From NCBI GenBank assembly GCA_963720465.1, contig OY970393.1:800001-864000 (forward strand): a stretch of DNA of 64,000 nucleotides. The letters run 5' to 3'. Under the pieces are notes generated by a model that did no database searches, was not told the DNA's origin, and was given only the letters and a program-made list of their open reading frames with translations. This stretch comes from Methanobacteriota archaeon. Lineage in GTDB: Archaea; Halobacteriota; Bog-38; Methanoflorentales; Methanoflorentaceae. Positions within the stretch are counted from its first letter, which is position 1; each line of letters begins with the position of its first letter. The translations under genes and the position numbers were made by a program. This document shows, in pieces, positions 51,386 to 61,609 of this stretch.

Positions 51386-52207
51386 ATGGTGAAATTAGGA
51401 ATCGCGAAAATAGGTAATATCGTTAGCGGTTTGATGACTGATTTGCTGCTCGACGAGCGCGCAGACCGCGAGGACTTCGAAGCAGTGACCGTAACGAGCG
51501 GCACGAAGATGAAAGAGGAAGATGCAGAGAAGGTCGTCGAAGCGCTGCTGAAATTTGAGCCAGACTTGTGCGTCGTGGTGTCTCCTAATGCGGCTCAGCC
51601 AGGCCCGACAAAGGCACGAACATTGCTGAAAAATGCCGGGAAGAAAGTTGTTGTCATCACAGACTCAGGCAAGCTTAAAGACAAGCTTGAAGAAGAGGGG
51701 GGGTTCGGATACATTCTTATAAACGCCGACGCGATGATTGGTGCTCGGAGAGAATGGCTTGACCCCATAGAGATGGCCATTTACAATGCCGACCTGATGA
51801 AGGTTCTGGCCGCGACCGGTACTTTTAGGGTGCTCCAAACTGCGCTCGACACGTGCCTTACAGCTATCAAAGAAGGCAAAGAATGCGAGCTACCCAAGAT
51901 TGTGATGACGGCGGAAAAAGCGACGATCAATGAGTTCAGTAACCCGTACGCCCGCGCGAAGGCGATAGCGGCGTACGAAATGGCCGCTAAAGTTGCCGAT
52001 GTCAACGTTAAAGCCTGCTTCATGACGAAAGAGTGGGAAAAGTACGTCCCGCTTACGGCTGCATCTCACGACATGATGCGCACTGCCGCTAAGCTCGTCG
52101 ACGAAGCTCGTGAAATGGAAAAGGCTGACGACACCGTAAAGAGAGCACCTCACTCGAAAGACGGTGCTATTCTTAGCAAGACCAAGCTGATATCAAAGCC
52201 TGAGTAA
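51386..52207 (+). CDS. mtd: F420-dependent methylene-H4MPT dehydrogenase
   Basis: KIGNI...LLDERADRED, SPNAAQPGP, MIGARREWLDPIEMA. Confidence 0.97.
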   Translation: MVKLGIAKIGNIVSGLMTDLLLDERADREDFEAVTVTSGTKMKEEDAEKVVEALLKFEPDLCVVVSPNAAQPGPTKARTLLKNAGKKVVVITDSGKLKDKLEEEGGFGYILINADAMIGARREWLDPIEMAIYNADLMKVLAATGTFRVLQTALDTCLTAIKEGKECELPKIVMTAEKATINEFSNPYARAKAIAAYEMAAKVADVNVKACFMTKEWEKYVPLTAASHDMMRTAAKLVDEAREMEKADDTVKRAPHSKDGAILSKTKLISKPE

Positions 52208-52212
52208 TAGCC

Positions 52213-52240
52213 TTTTCTATTACTCACTTTTTTCTTTTTT
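52213..52240 (+). terminator. Oligo-T terminator after mtd
   Basis: TTTT...TTTTTTCTTTTTT directly after the stop codon. Confidence 0.55.
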
Positions 52241-52312
52241 GACCGCGCCGGAGAGGCTATCTTCGCTTTTTTGGCGATCTAGTTTTGATCGGAAGCGTTG
52301 CTAGATAGCGCG

Positions 52313-53089
52313 CTAGTCGAGTATGAACGGGCTCACGTAGAGTCCGTCGATCCGTATCAGACGTTTTAAAGAATCAGCTTTAAACGGGATTATCCAGGCG
52401 TGTTCCGCGCTGTCCCAGTGAGACCCGGGCACTTGCTTTAGCTTGTCCTCGATCTCGTGCGTATCCCCGAATACCTTGACCCACTTCTTATTGCGCGTTC
52501 CCACGGCCCACGTATTTTGCGAAGACGTGCACAAACAGTGCACGGTCGGGTGCAATACGACGCCTCCGTTCTTCAGGCTCTCAATCGATGCTCGATTGAT
52601 CGGAAATCGCCATACCCTTTCTTCTTTGTCCCAGAACCCGCCTTCTGCAGCGCTTGGCCTATTACGTGCGCTTAGAGTGCTTCCGCGCACAATCAACGTG
52701 GTGCAGTCTTCATCCAGTTCGCACAGAAGTCTACCCTCTACGTGGTGTTCTCGCAGCGGCTTCTGCATCGAGTTTCTTTTTGCATCCTGATGCTGCGAGC
52801 CGTTGTTTCGGTCAATCTTCTGGATTTGATCTTCTTGAGAGGTGTCAAGAGTTTTTAGGGCGATCCTCGCGTGCAGCCTGACGTCTTCGTGCGCGCTCTG
52901 CATTGCCGCGTGAGCCAAGATGTCGCGCGCCGCCGAATCCGCGTTGCCAGAGGCGAGCGCAACCGCTTCGAGCGCATCGACGGCTTTAAATCGCTGGTGC
53001 TCATTTTCATCATCGAGTGCCTTTGAAAGCACGTCCACTCTCTTGTAACGGGTCAGCCGGTCGAAGTCATATTCACCCATTTCTGTCAC
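52313..53089 (-). CDS. Hypothetical: HEAT-repeat N-terminus plus two HARP/DUF5710-like modules
   Basis: VLSKALDDENEHQRFKAVDAL; GGFWDKEERVWRFP and PGSHWDSAEHAWIIP. Confidence 0.7.
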   Translation of the reverse strand: MTEMGEYDFDRLTRYKRVDVLSKALDDENEHQRFKAVDALEAVALASGNADSAARDILAHAAMQSAHEDVRLHARIALKTLDTSQEDQIQKIDRNNGSQHQDAKRNSMQKPLREHHVEGRLLCELDEDCTTLIVRGSTLSARNRPSAAEGGFWDKEERVWRFPINRASIESLKNGGVVLHPTVHCLCTSSQNTWAVGTRNKKWVKVFGDTHEIEDKLKQVPGSHWDSAEHAWIIPFKADSLKRLIRIDGLYVSPFILD

Positions 53090-53256
53090 CAGCGATTCGT
53101 CTCTTATCTTAATATGTACGGGAGCAAAATATAAATATCTACCTAAACTATGAGCGGGACACGCTCACAGGCCTTCCTAACAGCCTAGGACGCGATATTG
53201 AAAATCGTCGCCGCCAACGCAGTCGTATTGTCGCACATTTCAAGCAAAAAAAGCAC

Positions 53257-53682
53257 CTACAGTGAGTCTTGGCTCGAATTGGTTGGATTGTCTACGTCAG
53301 CATTCGCGGTCAGTCCTTCAGACGACTCTGGCGTTTTATAGTTGGGAAACGTCCATTCATCCTTTTCGATTGCGCGCATTTGTTCGCACTTTGCTTTTGC
53401 AGCCTTTAAAGCGCCGCGCCACGAGCTATAGTCTTTGACCGCTTTGTTGTACACGTCCGGATGTTCTGCTTCGGCGCTGATTGCCGTCATATCAGACCGA
53501 TTTCGGTACAGCGCAATAATGTCGTCAACCACGTCGTAGTTCAGGGCTGCGTCGAGAGCTCTTTCAAGGGTCCCATAAATGAGTTCAGCTACGAGCGTCA
53601 ATTTCGGATTGTCATATAATCCGTCCACCCCCAGCTGCCGAATTTTCTCTCGGATAAAGTTTTCGAGCTCAGCGTCCGACAT
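53257..53682 (-). CDS. Hypothetical protein with homing-endonuclease-associated-repeat-like motifs
   Basis: IYGTLERALDAA and YSSWRGALKAA. Confidence 0.6.
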   Translation of the reverse strand: MSDAELENFIREKIRQLGVDGLYDNPKLTLVAELIYGTLERALDAALNYDVVDDIIALYRNRSDMTAISAEAEHPDVYNKAVKDYSSWRGALKAAKAKCEQMRAIEKDEWTFPNYKTPESSEGLTANADVDNPTNSSQDSL

Positions 53683-53796
53683 TCACAGTTAATATGCCCT
53701 ATGAGTATAGAAGCGTTACGGTGTTAAAAACCATCCTAAGCGACGGCCAGCGCTTTGAACTGCGCGTGTCAGCAGAACGTTGATATTAGACGGCAG

Positions 53797-54039
53797 TCAC
53801 TCGCTTTCGCTGACGTACTCTCTGGCGGCTTCTAAGGCTCTTGTAAGCTGATCGAGTGTCGCGGGCGTAACCTGTATCGCGAAACCGTCTTTCGTCGGAT
53901 AACTCTCAGTGCCGCGCCGGATCCACTTGCGAATGCTGAGTATCTTGGTCCCGGTGTCTTCCCTCTCTGAGACGCTGATCCTTAGGGCGACGCTTTTTGA
54001 AGTCTCAATCTCAACGCCCCACAGTTCTTTCCACTCCAC
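53797..54039 (-). CDS. PC4/Sub1-like ssDNA-binding protein
   Basis: LRISVSE...ILSIRKW.......PTKDGFAI. Confidence 0.78.
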   Translation of the reverse strand: MEWKELWGVEIETSKSVALRISVSEREDTGTKILSIRKWIRRGTESYPTKDGFAIQVTPATLDQLTRALEAAREYVSESE

Positions 54040-54059
54040 ATGACCCTCCGTTTGCCGTT

Positions 54060-54910
54060 ATGACCATTACGTTCTATTCTCACAATTATGCGCCTCTTGA
54101 TCGTGACGCTTTGCGAGTTCTAGCGGATCAGCAGCTGTCTCAGCGAAATGAATTCAATGCCTATCACGACGAGTACCTGTTGGCGTCTCCGTATTTGACA
54201 TCAAGACACGGAGGAATCCGCTTTGTGAGCATCAGTGTGAGTAGTGCTGCACTTATTTAAAGCACGTTGCATCCGTGGTCTTGGGGCAACACGAAAAACT
54301 CTGATGCGCGATCGTCGATCTCGGCGTAAGCTTTTTTTGAGCCAACGACCAGAGCAGAGATGGCAAAAGCTGCTCTAAATACAAGCCGGCCGAACGTCTC
54401 GGCCTCAGCGATGGCAACGCCGCTGCCTACCATATCAAACGTCTTAGGACGCGGGCAGTTCTCGCGCGATATACGATTCAAATCGATTGGCAGAAAATCG
54501 GTTTTCCCGCAGATTTTGTCATTCTTGCTGAATCGGATGAAAAAGCGGCGCTGCTTGCGTTGGAACGGTACCTCATCCTTCTTCAGGACTATTACCAAAA
54601 GCACTTTGGCAACGTGCTTTTACTACCAACCTCTTCAGGATACGTACTGCTTAGGGACATAAGTCACTGTTACGGTGATAAAACGATGCTTGTAATCACC
54701 GGCAGTGGGACACGCGATCTCGATATTGCCTTCTTTCGGGAGAACTACATAACCCGAGCATTCGAGGGCATACGAACGACGCTTATGACGACGCGATACA
54801 GAACTGTAGACAACTTCGTGATACAGAGCGATGCACTCGACACATTACGCGCCATCTTCGAGGGCACAGGCGCGTCTGAAGAAGAGATCAGTCGAATGTC
54901 AAAGTGTTGA
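54060..54910 (+). pseudogene. Hypothetical gene broken into several frames
   Basis: Consecutive same-strand protein-like segments (MTITFYSHNYAPLD..., ...RYLILLQDYYQKHFGNVLLLP...) in shifting frames. Confidence 0.45.
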
Positions 54911-54922
54911 ATCCCAACCACG

Positions 54923-55801
54923 TTAACTAATCGTGCTTTCCCCGAAAACCAGACGGAAGTTTCTGATTCTTGGAGTGATGAACCGAACAAACAAGTAAAA
55001 GACGAAGACGACGGTTGTTATAAAGAAGCTCACTGGGTACGGCTCAAAAAAAGCAATAAAGAGCCCCAACCACGTTGCTATCACAGCAATGACTACCGAA
55101 ATAATTATGACTCGCCCCGGTCGTTTTGCCAATAGCTGAGCCGTCGCAGCTGGCGTGACCATCAATGAGAAAATGAGGAGGACACCAACTACTTGAACCG
55201 CAAACGACGTTGCGACCGCGACTAGGAGCATGAAAATTATGCCGAGCAAAACTACGGGCATTCCCTTTGCTTCCGCCACATCTTCATCGAGCGATGCAAA
55301 CAAGAGAGGTCTATATACAAGCGAGATGACAACCAGAATTACCACGCCGGCAACGAGGGTTAAGAGGACATTGCTGAAACTGACGCCCAGTATTTCTCCA
55401 AACAAGATGGAGTACGCTTCAGTTGCATAGCCGGTGTAGAGGCTGAGGAACAACACGCCTAGGCCAAGCATGAAAGCGAGAACTATTCCGATTTCGGCGT
55501 CGCGATTGGCGGCGCGTCGGCCTAGCGCGGCTATCCCAAGTCCGCCTACGCTTGTGAAAAGGAGAAGACCGTAAATTGGGTTGACCCCGATCAATACGGC
55601 CGCCGCTGCCCCAGAGAAACCGATGTGGGAGAGCGCGTGTGCCGCAAATGAAGAACGGCGCAACACAACGAAGTAGCCAACAATGCCTGCGAGGATTGCG
55701 ACTACTGTTCCTGCCTCGAAGGCGTGCTGCATGAACTGGTACTGAAGCATCTGTTGCAGGTCGATCCATGGATTAATGCTGAAGGTCATTCTGGTTGACA
55801 C
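54923..55801 (-). CDS. Zn/Mn ABC transporter permease (ZnuB/ABC-3)
   Basis: FAAHALSHIGFSG, LFGEIL, VGVLLIFSLMVTPAATA. Confidence 0.93.
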   Translation of the reverse strand: MSTRMTFSINPWIDLQQMLQYQFMQHAFEAGTVVAILAGIVGYFVVLRRSSFAAHALSHIGFSGAAAAVLIGVNPIYGLLLFTSVGGLGIAALGRRAANRDAEIGIVLAFMLGLGVLFLSLYTGYATEAYSILFGEILGVSFSNVLLTLVAGVVILVVISLVYRPLLFASLDEDVAEAKGMPVVLLGIIFMLLVAVATSFAVQVVGVLLIFSLMVTPAATAQLLAKRPGRVIIISVVIAVIATWLGLFIAFFEPYPVSFFITTVVFVFYLFVRFITPRIRNFRLVFGESTIS

Positions 55802-56583
55802 CCGTGGTAATCTTCAATACCTGCAACTGCAATGTTGCCCCTAGAGTCCCGAAGAACCTCAACTTGAACCCCGAACAAAGCCGAGAGACTTGCTGACGTC
55901 AGAACCTCTTTCGGCGTCCCGGTCGCCACCTTGCCGTTAGCGATGTAAACCACTTTATCGAGATACGGCAAAAGAGGGTTGATGTTGTGAGCGATCAAAA
56001 GTGCAGTCACGTTGCGCGATCGAACTACACCATTTATAAGCTGAAGCAATTCTCTTTCGCGCCTCATGTCAAGATTCGACAAGGGTTCATCGAGCAAAAG
56101 GAGAGTGGGTTCGCTTACCAGCGCCCCGGCCAGAAATATCCTCTGCAGTTCTCCGCCCGACAATACGCCGAGAGACCGATGGGCCAAGTCCGTAGCTCCA
56201 ACGTCTTTCAGCACGTCAAGAGCTGCTTTGCGGTCTTCGTGGGAAAACAGGCCCAGACCCCATTTTTTGCCGGAGAATCCTAGTCTCACAAGTTCAAGGG
56301 ATTCAACATTTGTGTGATCGTCGAATGTGTGACGCTGAGGCACGTAACTAATCTGTGGATTACCACGTTTGGGCGCTGCATCGAATATCTTGATCGTGCC
56401 GCTGACGGGTTGCTGCAAACCAAGGAGCAAACGAAACAGAGTTGTCTTGCCCGCTCCGTTAGGGCCGATAACCGCTACAAACTCGCCTCGATTGATTGAG
56501 AGACTTGCGTCTCGCCAAACTATGTTGTCTGGGTAGCCCGCTACTAGGTTCTTGGACGTGATGATCTCGTACTGTGCACTCAT
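55786..56583 (-). CDS. Zn/Mn ABC transporter ATP-binding protein
   Basis: GPNGAGKT, LSGGELQR, LLLLDEP. Confidence 0.95.
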   Translation of the reverse strand: MSAQYEIITSKNLVAGYPDNIVWRDASLSINRGEFVAVIGPNGAGKTTLFRLLLGLQQPVSGTIKIFDAAPKRGNPQISYVPQRHTFDDHTNVESLELVRLGFSGKKWGLGLFSHEDRKAALDVLKDVGATDLAHRSLGVLSGGELQRIFLAGALVSEPTLLLLDEPLSNLDMRRERELLQLINGVVRSRNVTALLIAHNINPLLPYLDKVVYIANGKVATGTPKEVLTSASLSALFGVQVEVLRDSRGNIAVAGIEDYHGCQPE

Positions 56584-56586
56584 TCG

Positions 56587-57522
56587 TTATTTCCCAAGGG
56601 TTTGTTGGTTAAGCGCGTTCTGAAGAATGATTAACTGCGCATTCATCCAGACTTGGAACGAGACATCCGGCGGTTGGATGGTCTCAGTCACTGGAACGAT
56701 CGGAATGTTATGTTGAGAGGCCAATGCTTTGGTGCTCTGAGTAAGCGGCGTCACCGTTTGCTCATTGTAGACCAGCACTTTAACGGTTCCATTCGTGATG
56801 AGCTGATCGAACTGCACGATGCTCTGCGCTGGGGGATCGTTTCCTTCGCCGACAGCTTCCATAAATGCGGGAGGAGACACAAGGTCAAGACCAGTGGCGT
56901 TCGCCAGATACGCGAAGATGCTCTCTGTTGATGCTACTTTCACGCCTCCAAACTGTTGCTTTATCTCAGCGATACGCCCATTGTATGCCGCAAGCGATGC
57001 TTTCAATGCATCAAACTGTTGTGTATAGTACAAAGCATGAGAGGGATCTATAGAAACAAGATCCTGATACATAGCCTTCACTGTTTCATTCACATAAGTA
57101 GGACTGTACCAGAAGTGAGGATTGGCACCAACCGTCTGGTTAATGAGTTCCTGCACGTTTAAGACCACTTGATGTGGAGTATTGCTTGATGCTATAAGCT
57201 GCTGAGCCCAAGTGTCATATCCAGCTCCGTTAATAATTACGAGCTGGGCATTTGCTATTGCAATGGCGTTAGCGGCATTGCTTTCGTATTCATGAGGGTC
57301 AGCATTGGGGTCTGAAACGATGCTCGTCACACTAACCCGTGTTCCGCCAAGCTGAGTTATCAGACTGCCCCAGAAATTTTCGGCGGCAACTACGCGTATC
57401 ACTCCATTAGAACTTGCAGTGCTGGAAGTTGCATAGTTTAAGAGATAAATGCCTGCGAAGGCTCCCGAGACAATTAGCGCAACCAAAACTGTTGCAATAA
57501 TTACATAACTAGTTTTCCTCAT
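56587..57522 (-). CDS. Zn/Mn ABC transporter substrate-binding protein (ZnuA/TroA)
   Basis: VAAENFWG, DPHEYE, NPHFWY; N-terminal membrane anchor. Confidence 0.93.
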   Translation of the reverse strand: MRKTSYVIIATVLVALIVSGAFAGIYLLNYATSSTASSNGVIRVVAAENFWGSLITQLGGTRVSVTSIVSDPNADPHEYESNAANAIAIANAQLVIINGAGYDTWAQQLIASSNTPHQVVLNVQELINQTVGANPHFWYSPTYVNETVKAMYQDLVSIDPSHALYYTQQFDALKASLAAYNGRIAEIKQQFGGVKVASTESIFAYLANATGLDLVSPPAFMEAVGEGNDPPAQSIVQFDQLITNGTVKVLVYNEQTVTPLTQSTKALASQHNIPIVPVTETIQPPDVSFQVWMNAQLIILQNALNQQTLGK

Positions 57523-57764
57523 TGTCTGACCCTCTCTGCATATGCATTGTAGTTAGCCAAGACTCCGCTCACGAACGGCACGTTTACCTGAAAGATCGCA
57601 AATGATGCTGCTGCCACCATCGCCGTGATACTGAGCCGCTCTGCGTTGACGATCTGCCGGCGTGCGAGGAGGAGGGCTGTCGTAACGAGCACGGCCACAA
57701 GGATCCAACAAAAGATTAGAAACAGGATCGAAAAGGCCCCGTCCGGCAAATGAATATGCGCCAT
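57519..57764 (-). pseudogene. Truncated CbiM/NikM ECF S-component (N-terminus only)
   Basis: MAHIHLPDG...AAASFAIFQVNVPFVSGV then an unrelated tail; ATGA overlap with the binding-protein gene. Confidence 0.75.
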
Positions 57765-57902
57765 TGACAACTCCCGCGCGGTGCGGCGCCACATAGTGCG
57801 CCACCTGACACGTGAATGTCTTATCCTACTCTATACATATAAACATGCCCTTTTTATTAGAGTAAGACTCCGCAATACCATAGCCCTGTATTCGCGAGGA
57901 AC

Positions 57903-58343
57903 TCACTCAGGAGGTTGTACCAGCAATTCGACTTCCTGCCGTAGCGCTTTAAGAGCAGCGTCAAGCTTTGCCGCATGCGCTTGGAGCATTTCATCGATTT
58001 CCCGTTGCTTTTTCCAGTCTGCGATGCCCTGCCGCACTTCGCTGAGCCGTTCCTTGGGTACGTAGCGCCACTTCCCGTGCTGCCGTGAGGGTTCAAAATA
58101 GTAGTACGGGCCGTGCAACGCGCCAGACCTACAACGACAGCTCCGCTTGCCGCATCGCAGGTGCCGCTTTCGGAGTGAGCCTGGAAGCGGATTCAGCACA
58201 GCGCGCTTGTCGGTTAGCGCGGCAATATTATTGATGAGTTCATTACTCTGGTGCAACAAGCGTCTCACGCTGGCGATCTCTGTGCCGGCACCAATCGCAT
58301 CCCCCAGCGCCTCAGTCAAGCCCCCGCGATCGTCTGTCATCAT
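57903..58343 (-). CDS. DUF6788-like protein
   Basis: GSL......CGKRSCRC.SGALHGPYYY motif plus coiled coil. Confidence 0.75.
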   Translation of the reverse strand: MMTDDRGGLTEALGDAIGAGTEIASVRRLLHQSNELINNIAALTDKRAVLNPLPGSLRKRHLRCGKRSCRCRSGALHGPYYYFEPSRQHGKWRYVPKERLSEVRQGIADWKKQREIDEMLQAHAAKLDAALKALRQEVELLVQPPE

Positions 58344-58557
58344 GATAGCATTGCATTACCTATACTAAACTTATTTCAATCAGTTGCCCACTAAGTTTCG
58401 ATTGCACGTCTCAGCCGTTCAAATCGATCCTCTCGAAAACTGTGAAACTGCGCTTAAACACGTCTGGGTTACATATTGCGAGCTCGGATATCGAATAGGG
58501 GCGAACAAAAGCGTTATAAAGCTACGGGAGCTAGTCCTAAGAGAGAGTCCCAACGTT

Positions 58558-59085
58558 ATGCGCGCGTTTTACATCGGCCGCTTTCAGCCGTATCACTTCG
58601 GACATCAAGAAGTCCTCGAAGAAATAGCCCACCAATGCGAGGAGATCATCATCGGTGTCGGTAGTGCTCAGCTGAGTCATACGTTTTCGGATCCGTTTAC
58701 GGCCGGCGAACGAATACTAATGATCACGCGCTCGCTCAGAGATCTTGATGCCTTACTGTACGTGATACCAATCGAAGATATCCGCAGAAATGCGGTATGG
58801 GTATCTCACGTGATGACTATGACGCCTCTCTTTGACGTCGTTTACACCAACAATCCGTACGTTATCCGGCTTTTCAATGAGGCGCGATTTGAGGTCAAGT
58901 CGTCTCCGCTCTATCAACGTGAAGTCTACTCGGGCTCAGAGATTCGAAAAAGGATGCTGCGTAACGAACCCTGGCAACATCTCGTCCCGCAAGCTGCCGT
59001 AGAAGTCATTGAACAGATAGACGGCGTGAATAGGCTAAAAGAAGTTTCTAGAGAAGATAAAACGTCTGATCTTGGCACGCTGTAG
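58558..59085 (+). CDS. nadM: Nicotinamide-nucleotide adenylyltransferase
   Basis: [29 protein letters not shown]. Confidence 0.95.
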   Translation: MRAFYIGRFQPYHFGHQEVLEEIAHQCEEIIIGVGSAQLSHTFSDPFTAGERILMITRSLRDLDALLYVIPIEDIRRNAVWVSHVMTMTPLFDVVYTNNPYVIRLFNEARFEVKSSPLYQREVYSGSEIRKRMLRNEPWQHLVPQAAVEVIEQIDGVNRLKEVSREDKTSDLGTL

Positions 59086-59486
59086 GCGCGTCTGTCTTGT
59101 TTTTCACGGGGCCATCGCGCGAGCACACGCTTAGAGGTATCAAATTCAAGTGTGGCCACTGTCAAAAGCGGGCCCGGCGCAGTGTAAAATCGTTGATGGG
59201 CTAGATTTCCGACGAGTGGCCGGTTCGCTAGACGAAATTCCTCTCTCGCTTTCGATGGTTTTGTCGGAGGTATATAGTTCACAAAGCGCAAAAGGTTCGC
59301 TTGCCGCACGGACTGCAGAGAATGCAATTGGCTTGTCCTCATTTTCCGCAAACGTACAAAAAAAGAAGTAGTGATACTTTGGCAAGGTTCCTGCAAGGCA
59401 ACAAAAACACTCGCAAAATGCTGAAAAACATGTTCTGCGCTCACGCAGAAACGCTGCTCACTTCCAATCTAAGCGCCTCGTCGGGG

Positions 59487-59687
59487 TCAGCGTTGCATTA
59501 TGTTAACCAAGCGAACGATGTAATTGTTGCCAATGTGCTCCCATTTGTAATTGTATTTGTACTGAGGGAACCTGTTTTCGAGTTCCTTCAGCTCGGTGAG
59601 TCGTTGGTCCAAGCACCGCTCTGATTTGCAGACGAATACAAACCTCCATTTTGGAAGAGCCCGCGGATCGTCAATAAGTTTCGTCAT
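59487..59687 (-). CDS. Small hypothetical protein
   Basis: MTKLIDDPRALPKWRFVFVCKSERCLDQRL...; protein-like, no family. Confidence 0.5.
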   Translation of the reverse strand: MTKLIDDPRALPKWRFVFVCKSERCLDQRLTELKELENRFPQYKYNYKWEHIGNNYIVRLVNIMQR

Positions 59688-60052
59688 ACGAAAAGGCGTT
59701 ATTGAATCACCACGCAGTGCTGGGTGACAACGCGTCACTAGAGTCTTCAACGTGCAACTGCGGGCGGGGCGTTCTTTCGCAATCTCCACGTGTAGATGGT
59801 AGCTTTTGCAAGATAACGGTTATGGGAAATCGTGGAGCCTTCTTGGAGCCGGCTCGTGCTAACTCTGTTGCGTCAGCGAGAGTAAACGGTAAGCACTTGA
59901 CGCCAGACTTTAAAAAAAATTCTTGCGTCATGCCCGGGCTGGCTGGCCGGCGTCGCAGCACGCAGTCGATCGGATTTTCCGTATATGCCTCATATTCGGG
60001 CTCTAAATACTTGCAGCTAGTTTTTATAGTAATGTGAAGATATATACCCACA

Positions 60053-61177
60053 ATGCACCTTACTCGAGATGAGGAGGATATCCTCGCGGGCGAATCGGGC
60101 GCCGTCAAACAAAAAGCGATGGAAATCTTAGTCGCACTCGGCGATATCTACAACGCTGAAAGACTTATCCCAATCGAGAGTGCGCAAATCGCCGGTGTGT
60201 CCTACAAAACAATTGGCGAAGCTGGGCTAGAGTACCTTACAGACCTTAGCGGAAAAGTCGTCGTTCCGACAATGCTCAATCCCATGGGCATGGACCGATA
60301 TAAATGGAGACAGATGGGAATCGACGAAGCCTTCGTAGAAAGGCAACTGGCCATAATCAGACGATACGAACTACTCGGAATCGATGCCCAGTGCACTTGC
60401 ACACCTTACTATGTTAATGCTCCACGAGCTGGTGCCCATTTGAGCTGGGCTGAGTCCTCTGCGGTATCGTATGCAAACTCCGTTCTTGAGGCGCGCACCA
60501 ATCGAGAAGGAGGGCCTAGCGCACTTGCTGCTGCCCTCGTCGGGAAGACCCCTAACTACGGCTACCACCGCGACGAGAACAGAGTTCCAGATATCTCAGT
60601 GAGAATAGATTTTCCCTTGGCCGGAAGTGATTTTGGCGCACTTGGATACGTAGTTGGCAAGATGGTCAAATCACGGGTGCCACAGTTTTCCTTTGTTGCC
60701 CCACCTAACGCTGATGAGCTGAAAGCTCTGGGCGCCGCAATGGCCGCCTCAGGCTCTGTGGCGCTTTTCTTTCCCAAGAAACGAGCGATGCCACGTGAAA
60801 TGCTCGAACTAGACCGTTCAGACATTGACATCTATTCATCGAGCGAACCCGACGTCGTCGTGCTGGGGTGCCCACACTGCTCTCGCTCAGAACTCGCAGA
60901 TATCGCGCACCTTTTAGAAGGACGCATGGTCGCGCGGCCTCTCTGGATCTGCACTTCGCGGTTCGTGGCGGATCGTTGCAGCTCAGTGATATCTAGTATT
61001 GAAGCGAGCGGGGCTCGAGTGATCTGTGACACTTGCATGATCGTCTCGCCGGCGTTTGAAAAACAAAGAATGATGGTTAATTCCGGAAAAGCTCTTGAAT
61101 ACGGGCCAAGCTTGTGCAATTCGCATACATTCATGGGAACGACGGCGAACTGCATCACGGCCGCGTGTACCGCGTGA
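60053..61177 (+). CDS. Aconitase X catalytic subunit (phosphomevalonate dehydratase large subunit)
   Basis: GVSYKTIG, CTCTPYY, WAESSAV, ARTNREGGP, GCPHCS, DTCMIV. Confidence 0.92.
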   Translation: MHLTRDEEDILAGESGAVKQKAMEILVALGDIYNAERLIPIESAQIAGVSYKTIGEAGLEYLTDLSGKVVVPTMLNPMGMDRYKWRQMGIDEAFVERQLAIIRRYELLGIDAQCTCTPYYVNAPRAGAHLSWAESSAVSYANSVLEARTNREGGPSALAAALVGKTPNYGYHRDENRVPDISVRIDFPLAGSDFGALGYVVGKMVKSRVPQFSFVAPPNADELKALGAAMAASGSVALFFPKKRAMPREMLELDRSDIDIYSSSEPDVVVLGCPHCSRSELADIAHLLEGRMVARPLWICTSRFVADRCSSVISSIEASGARVICDTCMIVSPAFEKQRMMVNSGKALEYGPSLCNSHTFMGTTANCITAACTA

Positions 61178-61201
61178 ACCTGCATCGCGACGGGGTTACC
61201 C

Positions 61202-61609
61202 ATGCTCAAGCGCATAAAAGGACGAATAATAGCGAAAGGAATTGGTGAAGGGCCTGCCGTGGTTACGAGTCAACCGCTCTCGTTCTTAGGAGGCGTAGAC
61301 CCCAAAGAGGGAGTTATAACGGATCCACATCACGAGCTGCGCGGCACGTCAATTGCAGGAACGGTTCTCGCTTTTCCGCAGGGCAAGGGATCGACCGTCG
61401 GATCTTATGTACTTTACCAGCTCAAAAGAAACGACAAGGCTCCGGCCGCAATTATTAACGCCTTGAGCGAAACTATTGTTGCTGTCGGGGCGATCATATC
61501 AAACATCCCGCTCATCGACAAGCTTGAGGTAGACCCGATCGTCGCAATCAAGCCCGGATCACACGTTCTCGTAAACTGCGTCGAAGGTTTTGTTGAGGTG
61601 GAAAAGTGA
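61202..61609 (+). CDS. Aconitase X swivel subunit (DUF126; phosphomevalonate dehydratase small subunit)
   Basis: LSFLGGVDP, GKGSTVGSY, APAAII. Confidence 0.92.
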   Translation: MLKRIKGRIIAKGIGEGPAVVTSQPLSFLGGVDPKEGVITDPHHELRGTSIAGTVLAFPQGKGSTVGSYVLYQLKRNDKAPAAIINALSETIVAVGAIISNIPLIDKLEVDPIVAIKPGSHVLVNCVEGFVEVEK

